Under the pieces are notes generated by a model. It was not told the DNA's origin, ran no database searches, and worked only from the letters and a program-made list of their open reading frames with translations. Shown here one piece after another: positions 41,320 through 52,884 of a stretch of DNA of 64,000 nt. Location: NCBI GenBank assembly GCA_973895155.1, contig OZ316892.1, forward strand, positions 23,629,871 to 23,693,870, in the 5' to 3' direction. Made by a program: the position numbers and the translations under genes. Origin of the DNA: Marsupella aquatica (Eukaryota; Plantae; Marchantiophyta). Position 1 is the first letter of the stretch; each line of letters begins with the position of its first letter.

Positions 41320-41680
41320 TTATTTGTAAGTGCAAGATGTACTAGGTTTGCACTTATGTGAAAAGAAAACCTGGATAAGTTCACCATTTGCACATAGTGT
41401 AATTTTTACCCTGATCTACAAGTGCAAGATCAATTGGGTTTGCGCTTATGGCATAGTGAAAACCTGAATAAGTGCACCATTTGCACTTATTGTGTTATTT
41501 TGTCAAGATGTGGATAAATAATAAGTATTTTATAGAAGCGCAAGATCAATTGGGTTTGCACTCCTGCAAACCTGGGTAAGTGCAAAATGTGCACTTATAT
41601 AGTAATTGTTGTCTTGATTATTCTGTAAGTGCAACATCCATTAGGGCTTAGGGTGCAAACCTGCATAAGTACACCATAAA
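41320..41680. repeat. Degenerate ~95-bp tandem repeat, about 4 copies
   Basis: aagtgcaagat...ggtttgc(a/g)ctt...aaacctg..taagt.cacca recurs. Confidence 0.85.
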
Positions 41681-42667
41681 GGCTTCCTCCGAAGTTCATG
41701 CTATGATGCACGGCTGACTGTACTTTGTGGTCACAGTGTCATCAGAGCCACGTAAGCACATTCCCTGCGAAAGCGGTTCACTCTGTAACGTTCTACGCAA
41801 GTAACTTCGAGAAAGATCAAGAGTATGTGAGCGTTTCGTTTCGACTTCTGTACCATGAGCGAGAGTGCGTTCGTTTGTCCCAAGATCCTCGCGCACTTTT
41901 CGCTTTCTCGCTTTTCTCCCTCTCTCGCTTTTTGCGCCTCGCAATTCCTCGCTTTGCATTCGATTCGCCTCTCCAGAATTTCTTCCCTTCGGCGGCGATG
42001 AGTGCGTTTGTCACGAAGTTTGCCTCACATTTTGCGGCCTCTGTTCCGCTTTTATATGGACGAGAATGTTGGCGGACAGTGAACAGAGTGCTGTATCGAT
42101 TACGACTTTTAGTTTCTCCTCTCAGAGAATAGTTTTTCCACTTCTGCCGATGATGTGTCAAGCAGATAGGCTGTCTATGCCGACTTGGCATTGAGATGAT
42201 CTTCCAGCTCCGCGACGTGATGTCTTGGAGGACGAGTTCTTAGGCAGGGAAGTGTAGTGAATTATTCTCGGATGTGAAGAGGAGACTGATCGCCTGTCAG
42301 CTGAGATGCCCAAGAGAGATTGATTCGGCTTTGCGATTGGAAGCGTGCTGACGAAATTTTGGTCATATGTGAGGTGAGACCTATCAGAGACTTCAATTGG
42401 AGAACGAGAGAGTTGCAAGGACATTGGAGGTATGAGCGCAGGACCAGTATCAGAGCGCGTCTGTAAAGTAAGTACATTCTTCAGCTCTTTGGAAATAGGT
42501 TCACTTAGTTTTCTGAAGTTAATAGAACGATGAGAGATATGTGCATGAAATGGTTCGTGGCGCAGGCTTTGAGTTGGTGAAAACAGGTGTACTGTACTCT
42601 TAGGATGATTTGTCCTGACAGTTTAGTCCCATTGTAATAATTCGTTGTTGATTTCCTTTTTGATTAG

Positions 42668-43972
42668 ATGTCAAGCAAGAAGCGCGGCCCGTCGCCTTCG
42701 TTGCCACAGACTAGCGTGCCTGGAATGACTTCGAGCAACGACGACTCTGCGCTTTGCTCTTCGATTTGGAGCAAGCTTCCGGACGACATCGTGGAATTGG
42801 TCTTGAAACGACTCCCATTCTCGAGCCTCATCCAGTTCCGGGTGATCTCCAAGCAGTGGAACCGCGTGATCACGTCATGCGAGTTCTCTCGCACATGCCA
42901 GAAGCAAATTTCGCCGAAATATGTCCCGATGCTAGTGGCGAATGATCTTATGGAGAGCGACAGATGGTCAATTAATCCATACAATTCGGGAAGCAACAGG
43001 TGGCTCTCATATTCGCTCTCCTTTCTTCACAGCGCCTGTGAGAACGGGCCGTTATACCTGACGGCCTCCTCGGGGGGACTGATGTGCTTCGAAACACAGG
43101 ATCCGCGGAATATCATCGTTTGTAATCCCGTCACGAGGCGATGGAGACTTCTCCACCTCCCCGACACCATTGGCCAATTAATCCGCACGACCTCTTCTTG
43201 CCAAGACACAGACTACCGGCAAACCCTCACGGGGCTTTTAGTCGACCTAGAAACGGGGAACTACAAGCTGGTTATCGCATCACTGGCTAAATGCCCGGAG
43301 AAAAGGACATTAGTGTACGATTCCGCCGAGCGCTCTTGGACCACGGGTGCGCAGGTCCCGGAGGGGAAGCGATTCGTGAACTCCGGAGCTCTCACATGCA
43401 ATGGGAATCTCTTCTGCCTTGTGAAAAACCCCCTGGGCCTTGAGTTGCGCACAAGCATATGGAGAGTGCTGAAATATGAGGTGGAACATGACTCGTGGTG
43501 CGAGGCTCCGGTGCTAACGGGCTGGGCCAGTAACAGCTCCACTGAATTGGAGCTTGTGGAGCACCAAGGGCAGGTGTTGCTTGTGGCCAGAGTACTCAAC
43601 AGGCGATGGCTACCGAACAACACGTTCTACAGGGTGTGGACCAACACCTTCTTCAAAGTTTGCGAGTCTTCAGGGGGGCACAAGCTGGCCCTAGAGCAGG
43701 ATCGGAACGTCTTTAAGGCTTTAGACAGCTGCACGGGGAGCACTGAATTTGACACCGTGGTGACGAGGTACCCGGGCTCTTTTGCTGGACATGGGGACCT
43801 CATCTATACGACTGGAATTCCCTTTAAAAACGACAATGACGTGCGGGTGCTGAAAGTGAACTCCAGGACTCAAAACTGCTTGTTTTTGCCCGGTTGGCGA
43901 CGAGCGGATTCGAAGCGTAAAATGCAGATGGAGATCAAGCTGTTGGAGCCCTCGCTGACTGCTGCAGTGTAG
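42668..43972 (+). CDS. F-box protein with F-box-associated/kelch-like beta-propeller, intronless CDS, 434 aa
   Basis: F-box IWSKLPDDIVELVLKRLPFSSLIQFRVISKQWN, followed by ASSGGLMC, IIVCNPVTRRWRLL, VYDS..RSW. The ATG directly follows a likely 5'UTR-intron acceptor (donor gtaagt ~42468). Confidence 0.92.
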   Translation: MSSKKRGPSPSLPQTSVPGMTSSNDDSALCSSIWSKLPDDIVELVLKRLPFSSLIQFRVISKQWNRVITSCEFSRTCQKQISPKYVPMLVANDLMESDRWSINPYNSGSNRWLSYSLSFLHSACENGPLYLTASSGGLMCFETQDPRNIIVCNPVTRRWRLLHLPDTIGQLIRTTSSCQDTDYRQTLTGLLVDLETGNYKLVIASLAKCPEKRTLVYDSAERSWTTGAQVPEGKRFVNSGALTCNGNLFCLVKNPLGLELRTSIWRVLKYEVEHDSWCEAPVLTGWASNSSTELELVEHQGQVLLVARVLNRRWLPNNTFYRVWTNTFFKVCESSGGHKLALEQDRNVFKALDSCTGSTEFDTVVTRYPGSFAGHGDLIYTTGIPFKNDNDVRVLKVNSRTQNCLFLPGWRRADSKRKMQMEIKLLEPSLTAAV

Positions 43973-45339
43973 TGTAATTGGTTTCAGTCATAGCCCTGGT
44001 GACACGGATAGTCTTGGAACAGTCAAGTGAACCAGTGTTACTCGTCATCAGTTGGGTCGCATCTGTGCTACCTAATTTAGTGCATTTGCGTTGGCGTTGA
44101 TGCCGGTTATGGATCATTGGAGATGGCGAAGTGAATGGAGAAGACGGACCTTCGAGGAAATCACTTTGGGGTTTGGGGCATTTGCAGAAAAATCACTGGA
44201 GTGCATAGCAGAGCATTCCACTGCGTCGTTAACTAAAGCCGATCGCTTGTTTCAAGTGTCGGAGTATTGTCTGCATTGTCGTGGAGGAGAGTTTAAAGAT
44301 AGAAAACCCAAAGGTCCGGTTGAAGAAATCCTCATGATGAGTTTTAAACACTTTCTCTCCATTCAGATCTGCATTGTGCGATGTCGTCCCGACGTGCTTT
44401 CATCTGCATTAGAGGTGCTCTCCGACTTTTTGGAATCTTCATTGTAAAGGCTGTGCCGTCCCGAGCACTGGCCGTGAACTTCATAATTCTTGAGCTTCCA
44501 GAGCCAATTGCTTTCCTGTTGCTTGGACACCTTGAGGCTGTATATATTCTTCCTGCCAGTCCTGTCTAGCATTTAATTTTGAGTTCCTCGGGAGCCAAAT
44601 CATCGAATAGAACCGCGATTTGGATTTCTGCCTTTGGGCAGTAGACACCCATAATGTTCATACTAGCTTAGGCTCTGGGTGTCTACTTCAGGTGTAAACG
44701 TACTTGATGTGTGAAGGATTTCTTTCTAAAAGGCAATAAAGTTAACGGCGTTCATGAAGGATTTTATTCTTGTTAAATGCCCTTCCGCAGTTGCATTAGT
44801 AGGCAAATACAGTGGTTCACTTTGGAAGTGCAATGTTAGCTATGTAATGCATCGGTTCCTTCCTCAGGCAAGTATATAGCAAATCGTCTTTTTGCAAAGG
44901 AACTGGTCAGAGTTCCAGGTCAATTATAGGCATGGCGTGAAGGGTCCGAGGTCCGTTGCTCTGTCCCTTTTTATGTTTGAGCATTCATGTCCCCAGCCAA
45001 CTTTGGTGCCTAGTCGACTTTCAACAGTGATACCATATTACCCAAGTTCGTCAAAGAAATGATCAGGGTGGCCTCTCGTGGGAAGTCATGGTATTAGTGG
45101 CAGCATGAAGCCTGCCTCCTGTCAGGGCTAATGGTAGTTACAACCCTCTCACGAAGACGGATGGCAGTTCAGAACAACGCTTCAAGTTTTGACCTTTGGG
45201 GCCAGTACTCTGAATATTAAATTGTAGAGTTTACGGAGCCTCCATTGGGGCAATTCAGCTGAGACAAACCTCGCAAGGAACTTCACGAGATACTGACTGA
45301 GTTCAAAATGTGACGAGGCCATGCGAAAATTTGAGAGTA

Positions 45340-45620
45340 AACAAGCAGATGAGCTTTCTTGTTGCAGGAAGAGACCACCTACTCATTTTCTTCCAAGTGT
45401 CTACTACAGGAATTGAGCAGCCCAGTTCACCACACCAACTGCTGCAGAAATTTGAAAGTTCATGGGAGGTCAGCATTCGAATTGCAGCAAGGTTCCAAGT
45501 AACTGCCACAGGGCATTGAGCAGCCCAGGTCACCACACCAACTGCTGTAGAACTCTGAAAAGTTAACAGGCAGAGCAGCTTTCTTGTTGCAGGAAGAGAC
45601 CAACTGCTCACTTCTTCCAC
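45340..45620. repeat. Internal direct repeats
   Basis: agctttcttgttgcaggaagagacca occurs twice. ttgagcagcccag.tcaccacaccaactgctg.agaa occurs twice. Confidence 0.85.
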
Positions 45621-46471
45621 GTAACTACGACAGAATGGTCGGACAATGAACAGCGTGATCCTTGTTCGACAGTAGAATCATTATGAGATCTAAGACCCCG
45701 TGCACTTCTTGTAAAGTGAGTAGTACTGGACTTTGGTGTCCATCATATTGTTCTGTATAGAGAGAGGAATAGACAAACGGTTTACTGTGGATACCATAGT
45801 TTTGAAATTTTGTAGTCTTCCATCTTTGATACATGTAATCTACACGGTTAAAATCTTTCGTAGTCCTGCATCTTTAGTAAGTGATGTAATCTAGACGGTT
45901 TAATCTTTCATAATCTCTGATTACATGTACCTACAGCATTAAATTTAAATAGTTCCATGAGACTACCAGACGTAGCAACAAGGGTCCCAAACATGAATGT
46001 AAGCTGCAAATTTTGTTCCCAAATCTCAAATTCTTTCTTTGTATTAGTAGTACCACAAATTTTGGGTAAAATTTTGCCACTGAAACTACATTGGTACAAC
46101 CTAATGACTGTGTATTCCCTCACGGTATTTATTGTGCCTTTAGTTGTTTTCCAAATGTATTTGTAGACCTTCAAAATGTATTCTGTTTAGACCCCTTGCT
46201 TGATAAATAACCCTCCCACAAGGACTGTCTTAGTCCAAGGGAGTTTGACCTCAAGCTGGTGCTTTTTTGTGAAAGTGATCTAAGCCCTTCATTGTTTTGA
46301 CCCTATCCTTTCCTAAATTAAAGAATGGTACACGTCTAAAAACTTCTGGTGGTGTGGACAGGACCAACAAAAACCTAAGAGAAAGTGGTAAGAACTGTCT
46401 ACAAGAACTCAAAACCTACGAAGAGAGAAAATAAAGGTACAAATGATGATCACATCCAATGGACAGACTAA

Positions 46472-47750
46472 GCGCATCTCCAGCAGTTTGGCAGCCGCTG
46501 GCCACGATTGCCTTGGAAAGGAACCTAGGAAGCAGCAGGGCCTGCAATGATAAACAGTTCCCACAGATTGCCTCCAAAACATGATCTCAATTTTGTAACC
46601 AGGGTTTGAACTAGCACAGTCCGGGTTCAAACCGGTTAATGATCAATGTGACATTTTTGTGGGACCTTGTCCTCTTCACTCTTCATGAACTCAAAATTGG
46701 TTGCTTGGTCGCAGGCATCCTATGCCATCACCTGTGCTCTATTTTTGTTTTTTCTGCCCTCCATCATCAAAAGACATAGTATTTGCGACGAGAGTCCGCG
46801 TACAAACCTCAATATTGGAAGGCGATTTGTATTGTGCCCAGTTTGCTGCTATGGATCCCATGTATGCATGGTGGAAAATTTCTTGAAAATTGGGTGGAAG
46901 AAGAAGAAGCCGATTGGGATGATGAGGATGATCGATTTGGGGGATGATGATGTACAGTGAACCATTGCTATTCCAGCATATTTGGTGCCTCCAAGGAGGA
47001 ACAACCATGGAGTGCCTAAGCCAGGCAGGAGCATGAATGTGAACCGGTCTAGAGGAAAGGGTGCACAAGATCTGTGGAACAGATGCTTCTCTGCCAATCC
47101 TACATGTGGAGAACTCAAATTTTGAAGAAGCTTTCAAATAAACAATAGGTTATTCACCAACATTCTTGTTGCAGCATGTGAGCAGAAAGTGAAGTCCAAA
47201 TGGACCTCCATGTTGGACATAGTGCTCCTGTGTATCACATTTTGGTGGTCCATGGTAGTGTTGGGCTTATAACTTGATGATTATGAGTCTTAAGATAATC
47301 GTTTTTCACCTGCAAGGCAACTAAAGAAGGAGACACAAAAAAACACAAGCCCAATATTTCATATTAACAAAATAATCTAATAGAATTTACCATGATGAAT
47401 AACTCAACCATAATGGAAAAAATTCACTTCACTCTGATGTAAATGTAGCTTACCTACCCCTCTAGCACATCCTCAAAACTAATAAAATTTGAATTCATGA
47501 ACATGAAGTTATCACAATTAAATTAAATTTTTGGGAAATGTGGTTCATGGAGGTTTCAAAAAACCAACATTGACGTCCATGGGAGCATAATTTTTGTGTG
47601 AGCATGACAATTACTTTTGATTAATGTTTGATGCTGCAGGAAACCCAAGTCTGTCTCCACATCAGAAAATAAAAGCAGCTCTACGCCAACTAGCTTATGG
47701 TATAGAGGCAAATGCCATGGATGAAATCTGTAGAATGGGAGAGAGCTATA
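46472..47750 (+). mobile_element. Decayed, 3'-truncated PIF/Harbinger element
   Basis: Left end TAA|GCGCATCTCCAGC. The transposase relic PGRSMNVNRSRGKGAQDLWNRCFSANPTCGELKF*RSFQINNRLF...CEHDNYF*LMFDAAGNPSLSPHQKIKAALRQLAYGIEANAMDEICRMGES is homologous to the intact transposase N-terminus. Confidence 0.85.
47185..47596. mobile_element. MITE-like insertion nested in the decayed Harbinger transposase
   Basis: Flanked by the direct repeat TGTGAGCA (47177-47184 and 47597-47604), with degenerate inverted ends (tccaaatggac / gtccatggga). Removing it restores transposase colinearity. Confidence 0.8.
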
Positions 47751-48104
47751 AAATTGGAAAGATCAAAGGGATCTGAGAGTTTCCCCAAGAGAGTCTCACT
47801 CTCATACTTTGGATCTTACCTTATCCAGCTAGTTATAGTGGGTGAGATAAAATCATTACCTGGACAGGCTACCGAGGGCATTCTTACTGTTGATATGTCC
47901 TATATATAAAAATCTCTTTGATAACAAGGCCCTAAAAATGGGGAGGGCTTAGGGCTGTCTTGCATGTGTGGGATCTTTGGAAAAATTGGACCTTTGCACC
48001 AGCGTAATTTTTTAAGGTTTTTTATTTTTAGTCAGTGTGGCGAATGTTTGCTTCTTTGAGGGAGGAGATTCTAAGAATATTCTCTGTCAAATTTTATTAA
48101 ATTA

Positions 48105-48295
48105 AATTGTGACCGTCAGATATCCCTAGATTTAAGGAGAGCCGTTAGATTCTGGCTAATGGGGTCAATGATTTGGTGGAAGAGTGGCTAATGGTGTCAG
48201 AAAAATGTAGCTAATCTTAGCCAAAAGTGGTGAAAGTTTTTTGGGGAGGTGGAATTTGGCTAAAATTTGCACTTAAAAAATACGCTGCTTTGCAC
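48105..48295 (+). repeat. Dispersed repeat family, copy C
   Basis: Similar to 9550-9740. Confidence 0.75.
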
Positions 48296-48935
48296 CCCCT
48301 GAATTGATGTATGTAGATTCTCTTGTCCAGTACTACTTTTGAGGTGCAGACTGTAGAGTCCTTTTCCTGTCTCTGTTTATTTGTCATTTCTTGTCTCTGT
48401 TTTCTGTTTTATCTGATTTCAAAGGACTGGACTTCAAGGGCCAGAAAGTTTCCCTTGCCCTTGAAACTACACATGTATAGGAGTAAGGACTGGCTTAGGA
48501 GGGGGTGAGGCAGTAAACTCCCACTCGTTCCAAAGGTGCCACCTGATCACTCAAAGGGTCCATGATTTGAAGACATCACATGCAAGATGGCCCTTAAAGT
48601 TTTAGTATACATGATGAAGAGAACGGTGTTGTACTCCCTTAGAGCATCCGCACCGGTTGAGGGCAAGCAGGCTGCCATCCGGTGCTGTTTGGCGGGGTGC
48701 TGTTTGGCGGGGTACTCTTTTCCAAGAATCTGCTTTGCACAGTTTGTACCCGTGCCCTCCTTTTGGGCTTCCAAATGTTCGTAACCTACGGTTTGAACCT
48801 AAGCGGCCTGGTTCGAACCTTCGTTTGACCTGAAGAATTGCCGTGGAATTCTGGCTGCGATGTTGCCTGCACTCTTGAGAAATTGAAAACGAGTTTCACT
48901 AGCAAGCTCAACCTAGGTTGCCGTAGAAATTAGCG

Positions 48936-50312
48936 ATGGTGATTCCAGAACCTCAATCCTATGCATACATTGCGCGACTTGAGGCTTGGCGAGAGAAATT
49001 GAAGAAAGAGATCGAATCGGAGTTGGCTGAAATGGAGGAAGAGCAAGCTTTTCTGAACGAATTGCTGTTCACTGGGCCATTGTCCATGCAAGGTGTGGAC
49101 TCGATTACTCAAAAATGCAAGCGAGGAGGGGGATCAGTACTTGGCAAGAGGGCCAATAAAGAGAGAAGGAGAGAACGTGGGCACCAGATGATATGGAACG
49201 ATTATTTTGCTGAAAACTGTACATACGATGGAGTAGATTTTAGACGAAGGTTTAGAATGACGAAGAGACTCTTCAAAAAAATCTGCACTGCCGTGTGTGC
49301 ACATGATAGTTTCTTCCAGCAAAAACGAGATGCTACGAAGAAATTGGGTTTGTCTGGTCTCCAAAAAATTACTGCTGCACTTCGGCAGCTTGCACAAGGA
49401 GTTGGGGCGGATGCTACTGATGAGTATTGTCGACTGGGAGAGTCTACTGCTCGAAAGTCCCTATACAGGTTCTGCAAAGCAATTCGAGAATTGTATGAAG
49501 AAAAGTACTTGAGGAAGCCAGATAAGAATGACTTTGAGAGACTCCTTGCTGTGAATGAGAAGAGAGGATTCCCAGGGATGTTTGCTTCACTTGATTGCAT
49601 GCACTATGAGTGGAAAAATTGTCCTGTGGCTTGGCAGGGACAATTCACCGACAAAGACGGCTTGAAGTCAGTAGTGCTTGAGGCAATTGCAGACCAAGAG
49701 TTGTGGATTTGGCATGCATTTTTTGGGTTGCCTGGTGGGAACAACGACTTAAATGTTCTAGATCGATCTCCACTGGTGAATGACATGTTACATGACAACT
49801 ACGATCAGGTCAAGTATACAATTAACGGCACAGAGTACAACAGAGCTTATCTTCTTGTTGATGGCATTTATCCGAAGTGGAGTTGTTTTGTGACAACGAT
49901 TCACCAGCCCCAGTTTGAGAAGAAATGTTTTTTTGCAAAATGCCAAGAAGGTGTCAGAAAAGATGTCGAACGAGCCTTTGGAGTTTTCCAGGCACGATGG
50001 GGCATTGTCAAGCAGCCTGCCAGATCTTGGCACCTCGGAAGAGTGACAATGATTTTAATGGCATGTATTGTGCTTCATAACATGATTATTGAGGATGAGA
50101 GAGGAGAGGTGCATGAGGATTTCCGGATGGAGGGAGGTCAATTATTGCCCGTGCAGAGAGGAACCATGCCATGGAAGGACTACTTGGCTGCCACTGCCCA
50201 ACTTGAAAGTCACTCTGGACACTTCAATTTGCGAAATGATCTTATTGAGCATTTGTGGAAGCGGAAGGGTGAGGTGAAAATGGCAGATTGGATGAAACGA
50301 ATGCAGATTTGA
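48936..50312 (+). CDS. PIF/Harbinger DDE transposase (plant transposon protein / HARBI1-like), 458 aa
   Basis: Motifs DYF...FRRRFRM, KITAALRQLAQG, ASLDCMHYEWKNCP, NNDLNVLDRSP, YLLVDGIYP, RKDVERAFGVFQARW, ACIVLHNMIIEDE. The D-D-E triad is intact. Confidence 0.96.
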   Translation: MVIPEPQSYAYIARLEAWREKLKKEIESELAEMEEEQAFLNELLFTGPLSMQGVDSITQKCKRGGGSVLGKRANKERRRERGHQMIWNDYFAENCTYDGVDFRRRFRMTKRLFKKICTAVCAHDSFFQQKRDATKKLGLSGLQKITAALRQLAQGVGADATDEYCRLGESTARKSLYRFCKAIRELYEEKYLRKPDKNDFERLLAVNEKRGFPGMFASLDCMHYEWKNCPVAWQGQFTDKDGLKSVVLEAIADQELWIWHAFFGLPGGNNDLNVLDRSPLVNDMLHDNYDQVKYTINGTEYNRAYLLVDGIYPKWSCFVTTIHQPQFEKKCFFAKCQEGVRKDVERAFGVFQARWGIVKQPARSWHLGRVTMILMACIVLHNMIIEDERGEVHEDFRMEGGQLLPVQRGTMPWKDYLAATAQLESHSGHFNLRNDLIEHLWKRKGEVKMADWMKRMQI

Positions 50313-50797
50313 CATTGTAGTGACAGACAGTTTGAATGTGGAAACGGGTAGAGCTACATATATAGAGCTACAGATAGAAATGTAGTTGTCAACTTTCCTA
50401 GATTCTGAATCCAAAATGGTGCTCTGAAATGCAGACACTATTGTGCTGCCAATAGACATTGATAAAATTGAGACAACATTGAGACAAATGACAGCTCCGT
50501 GTGCTCTGCAATTGTCATCCCATCCCCTTGCAATCAATTATTCTGAATGGTGACCTGACTGCTGTAGAGGGCTGCTGAAATGACGAGAAGATTGAGACAT
50601 AATGAGCAAATTTTTTGACTTTTTGTGCCCTGGTGTGTAGTGTCGTGGCAGAGGATTGAAAAAAGAAACACATCAGACATCAATTGCTAAACTTGTAATA
50701 AAAACTGGAATTCTTTCCAACGTTTTCATTTATAGAATTCACAAAATTACATCATCGGGCCTTTGACTCTCAAAAGGCATTTGCAAAAATCTTAAAA

Positions 50798-51763
50798 CTA
50801 TTCTTCTATGTCAAATTCATGACCTCTTGCAAAAGTGGGCAGCTCTGCCTGCTCATCGTCCCTGTCATCACAAGGTGCCACGGGAACTGGGAGGGAGGTC
50901 CTTGCTGCTGTGGGGGGCAGTGGGTTGCTCTCTCTCGTCATCCTCTCTTTCAATTTAGCCATCTCGTGCTCCCTAAAGACTCGCAAAAAATCTTGGGTGG
51001 CACAGTCAAGATGATCTGTGGGCATGCTAAGCATATTCATGAATGTGGATGTCTCAAGGACTCTCAAACGCTGACGACCAGTTTCTGCAATGATTTTTTG
51101 AGCTTGGGCAGAGACTCTAAATGCATCTTCTTGGGCCTTCAATCTCTTGGCATTGTCTTTCGCCATCTTGCTTCCAGGGGGTCTCTTCATCGATGTTCCC
51201 ACTGCACTGCCATTGTCATTCGGCTCCTTGTCGATGTCAGAATCAATGTTGCCATCAGAGAACTGAGGGGAATTCTCCTTGTCTACTTGCTCATCGTGAA
51301 ATTGCTTTTGCTTCCGGGCAATTGGCTGTTTGGGATTCGACTTCCCCTTGGCCATCGGATCTTGAGGCATTGCCCACCTTGGACAATCTTTCAAGATGTG
51401 CCAGCAAACTGAGAATGAGAACTCTTTGCCCTTGGGATGGCGCTGTTTGTAGAGCTCTCTAGCCTTCTCTATTGTGTCGTCAGCATTGGTGCCAGAAATG
51501 TCGAGGGCGTCTACCGTATTGTGGCAGCCAATAAATCTAGACACGTCCTTTCGAATCTCACCCCACTTACTGTCAAGAGACTTGGCTGTCCTCAGCTCGG
51601 TTCCTCCCGGCTTGCTTCTCTCGTAGTGCTCTGCAATGCGCTCCCAAAAGCTATCCTTCTTTTGCCCCGACCCAACACATGGGTCTTGTGAAATGTCCAA
51701 AAAACTATAGCACAATTGTTTCAACTCTGGGGCACTAAAATTCTTCCCTCGCTGCGCTGCCAT
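50798..51763 (-). CDS. Harbinger accessory Myb/SANT-like DNA-binding protein with NAM-associated C-terminal region, ~321 aa
   Basis: MAAQRGKNFSAPELKQLCYSFLDISQDPCVGSGQKKDSFWERI...RTAKSLDSKWGEI...F.F..CWHILKDCPRW...RPPGSKMAK is typical of PIF ORF1. Confidence 0.92.
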   Translation of the reverse strand: MAAQRGKNFSAPELKQLCYSFLDISQDPCVGSGQKKDSFWERIAEHYERSKPGGTELRTAKSLDSKWGEIRKDVSRFIGCHNTVDALDISGTNADDTIEKARELYKQRHPKGKEFSFSVCWHILKDCPRWAMPQDPMAKGKSNPKQPIARKQKQFHDEQVDKENSPQFSDGNIDSDIDKEPNDNGSAVGTSMKRPPGSKMAKDNAKRLKAQEDAFRVSAQAQKIIAETGRQRLRVLETSTFMNMLSMPTDHLDCATQDFLRVFREHEMAKLKERMTRESNPLPPTAARTSLPVPVAPCDDRDDEQAELPTFARGHEFDIEE

Positions 51764-52884
51764 GCTTGAAATGAATGGAGATTGCACACACTGTCAACTT
51801 TTGCAGACTTCGCGCGTACAGAGATTGCATGCGAGGACCAGAGGGGACCACGAGCAGAACGTGAGAGCACTGTACAGTGAGAAATCTGCATTCCTCGATG
51901 CATGTCGATGCAAACACTGCAGGGCGGGACCACAAAGAGAATGTGTTTGAACTTGCCCAGATGAGGACATGTGGTGCTTTGTGGAGCGTAGATTGGATTT
52001 CTCTGGCCAGGGAGAAACATTTTGCCGCTCGGAATATCTGGCTGAATTGCAGGTCTGGATTTCGAATGAGCCTGGAGCCGGGAAAGCATTTGGGGATCCC
52101 GGGCATGGGTGCAAGCCCGATATTCCCCTTCACTCCCCAATTCTGACGTTTTGCAGGCACCGGTCCGGACCCAGGGCACGGGTGCGGATGCTCTTAGGGT
52201 TGTTTTATTCCAGGGCCCTGCTGGTCTTTGCCCCAGAAATAACTGGCTTGCAGCCACCCCTTTTCAACAACAAAAACAAAATGTTGTTTTATATATCTTT
52301 CTTCCAACTGTTGATAGCCATCTTAAATTTATGGGTTTTAATCAAATTACTTCCCATTTCTCAATACAAGAACCAAGACCCCCTCCCCAGTGGGACAGGG
52401 TTGGAGTGTGGGGGAGATGGCACTTCAGGGCTTTTCTCTTGATGGCTTCTCATATATTCTTGGACAGTCGCAAAGGCTGTCTCCTTTGTTCAACTTCCAA
52501 GAAACCTAAATTTTCTTTTATTTGTACTTTTTGTCCTGGCGCAAGAGCTTCATAGCACTTTTTATGGTCCACATCTGGTGTCCTAGTTAACTCTGCCATA
52601 AATGCATTATAAGGGGGCAAGCCTCGCACAGTGAGCGCACGCTCGTTGGCTATTCTTTCAAAGCTGAGGGTATCTCTATCCATGCAAACCTCTAAACTTG
52701 ATGAGATCCCGAAATCTTTATACAAAAAGTACTGTTTTTAATTCTAAATTCTGTTAACCTCTGGGTTTTTTAATCTCCCTTTTCCCCTTTATTTTTTTTT
52801 TTTTTAATCTCCCTTTTCCCCTTTATTGGGTTGCTTTTCTTTGGGACATGTCTCCATGTTTGGCATTTTGGTTAGTTGGCAATG

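Larger units (their letters stand above)
48642..52193 (+). mobile_element. Complete, apparently autonomous PIF/Harbinger DNA transposon (3552 bp)
   Basis: TIRs GAGCATCCGCACC (48642-48654) and GGTGCGGATGCTC (52181-52193). TSD TTA on both sides. Two intact convergent ORFs. Confidence 0.97.

Noticed and set aside
50819-52555. Several overlapping 100-200 aa ORFs at the Harbinger right end
   Set aside because: Antisense to ORF1 or running across the TIR, with no recognisable motifs.
52450-52725. 91-aa minus-strand ORF next to the Harbinger
   Set aside because: Outside the TIR, non-ATG start and no recognisable motif. Probably an old TE remnant.
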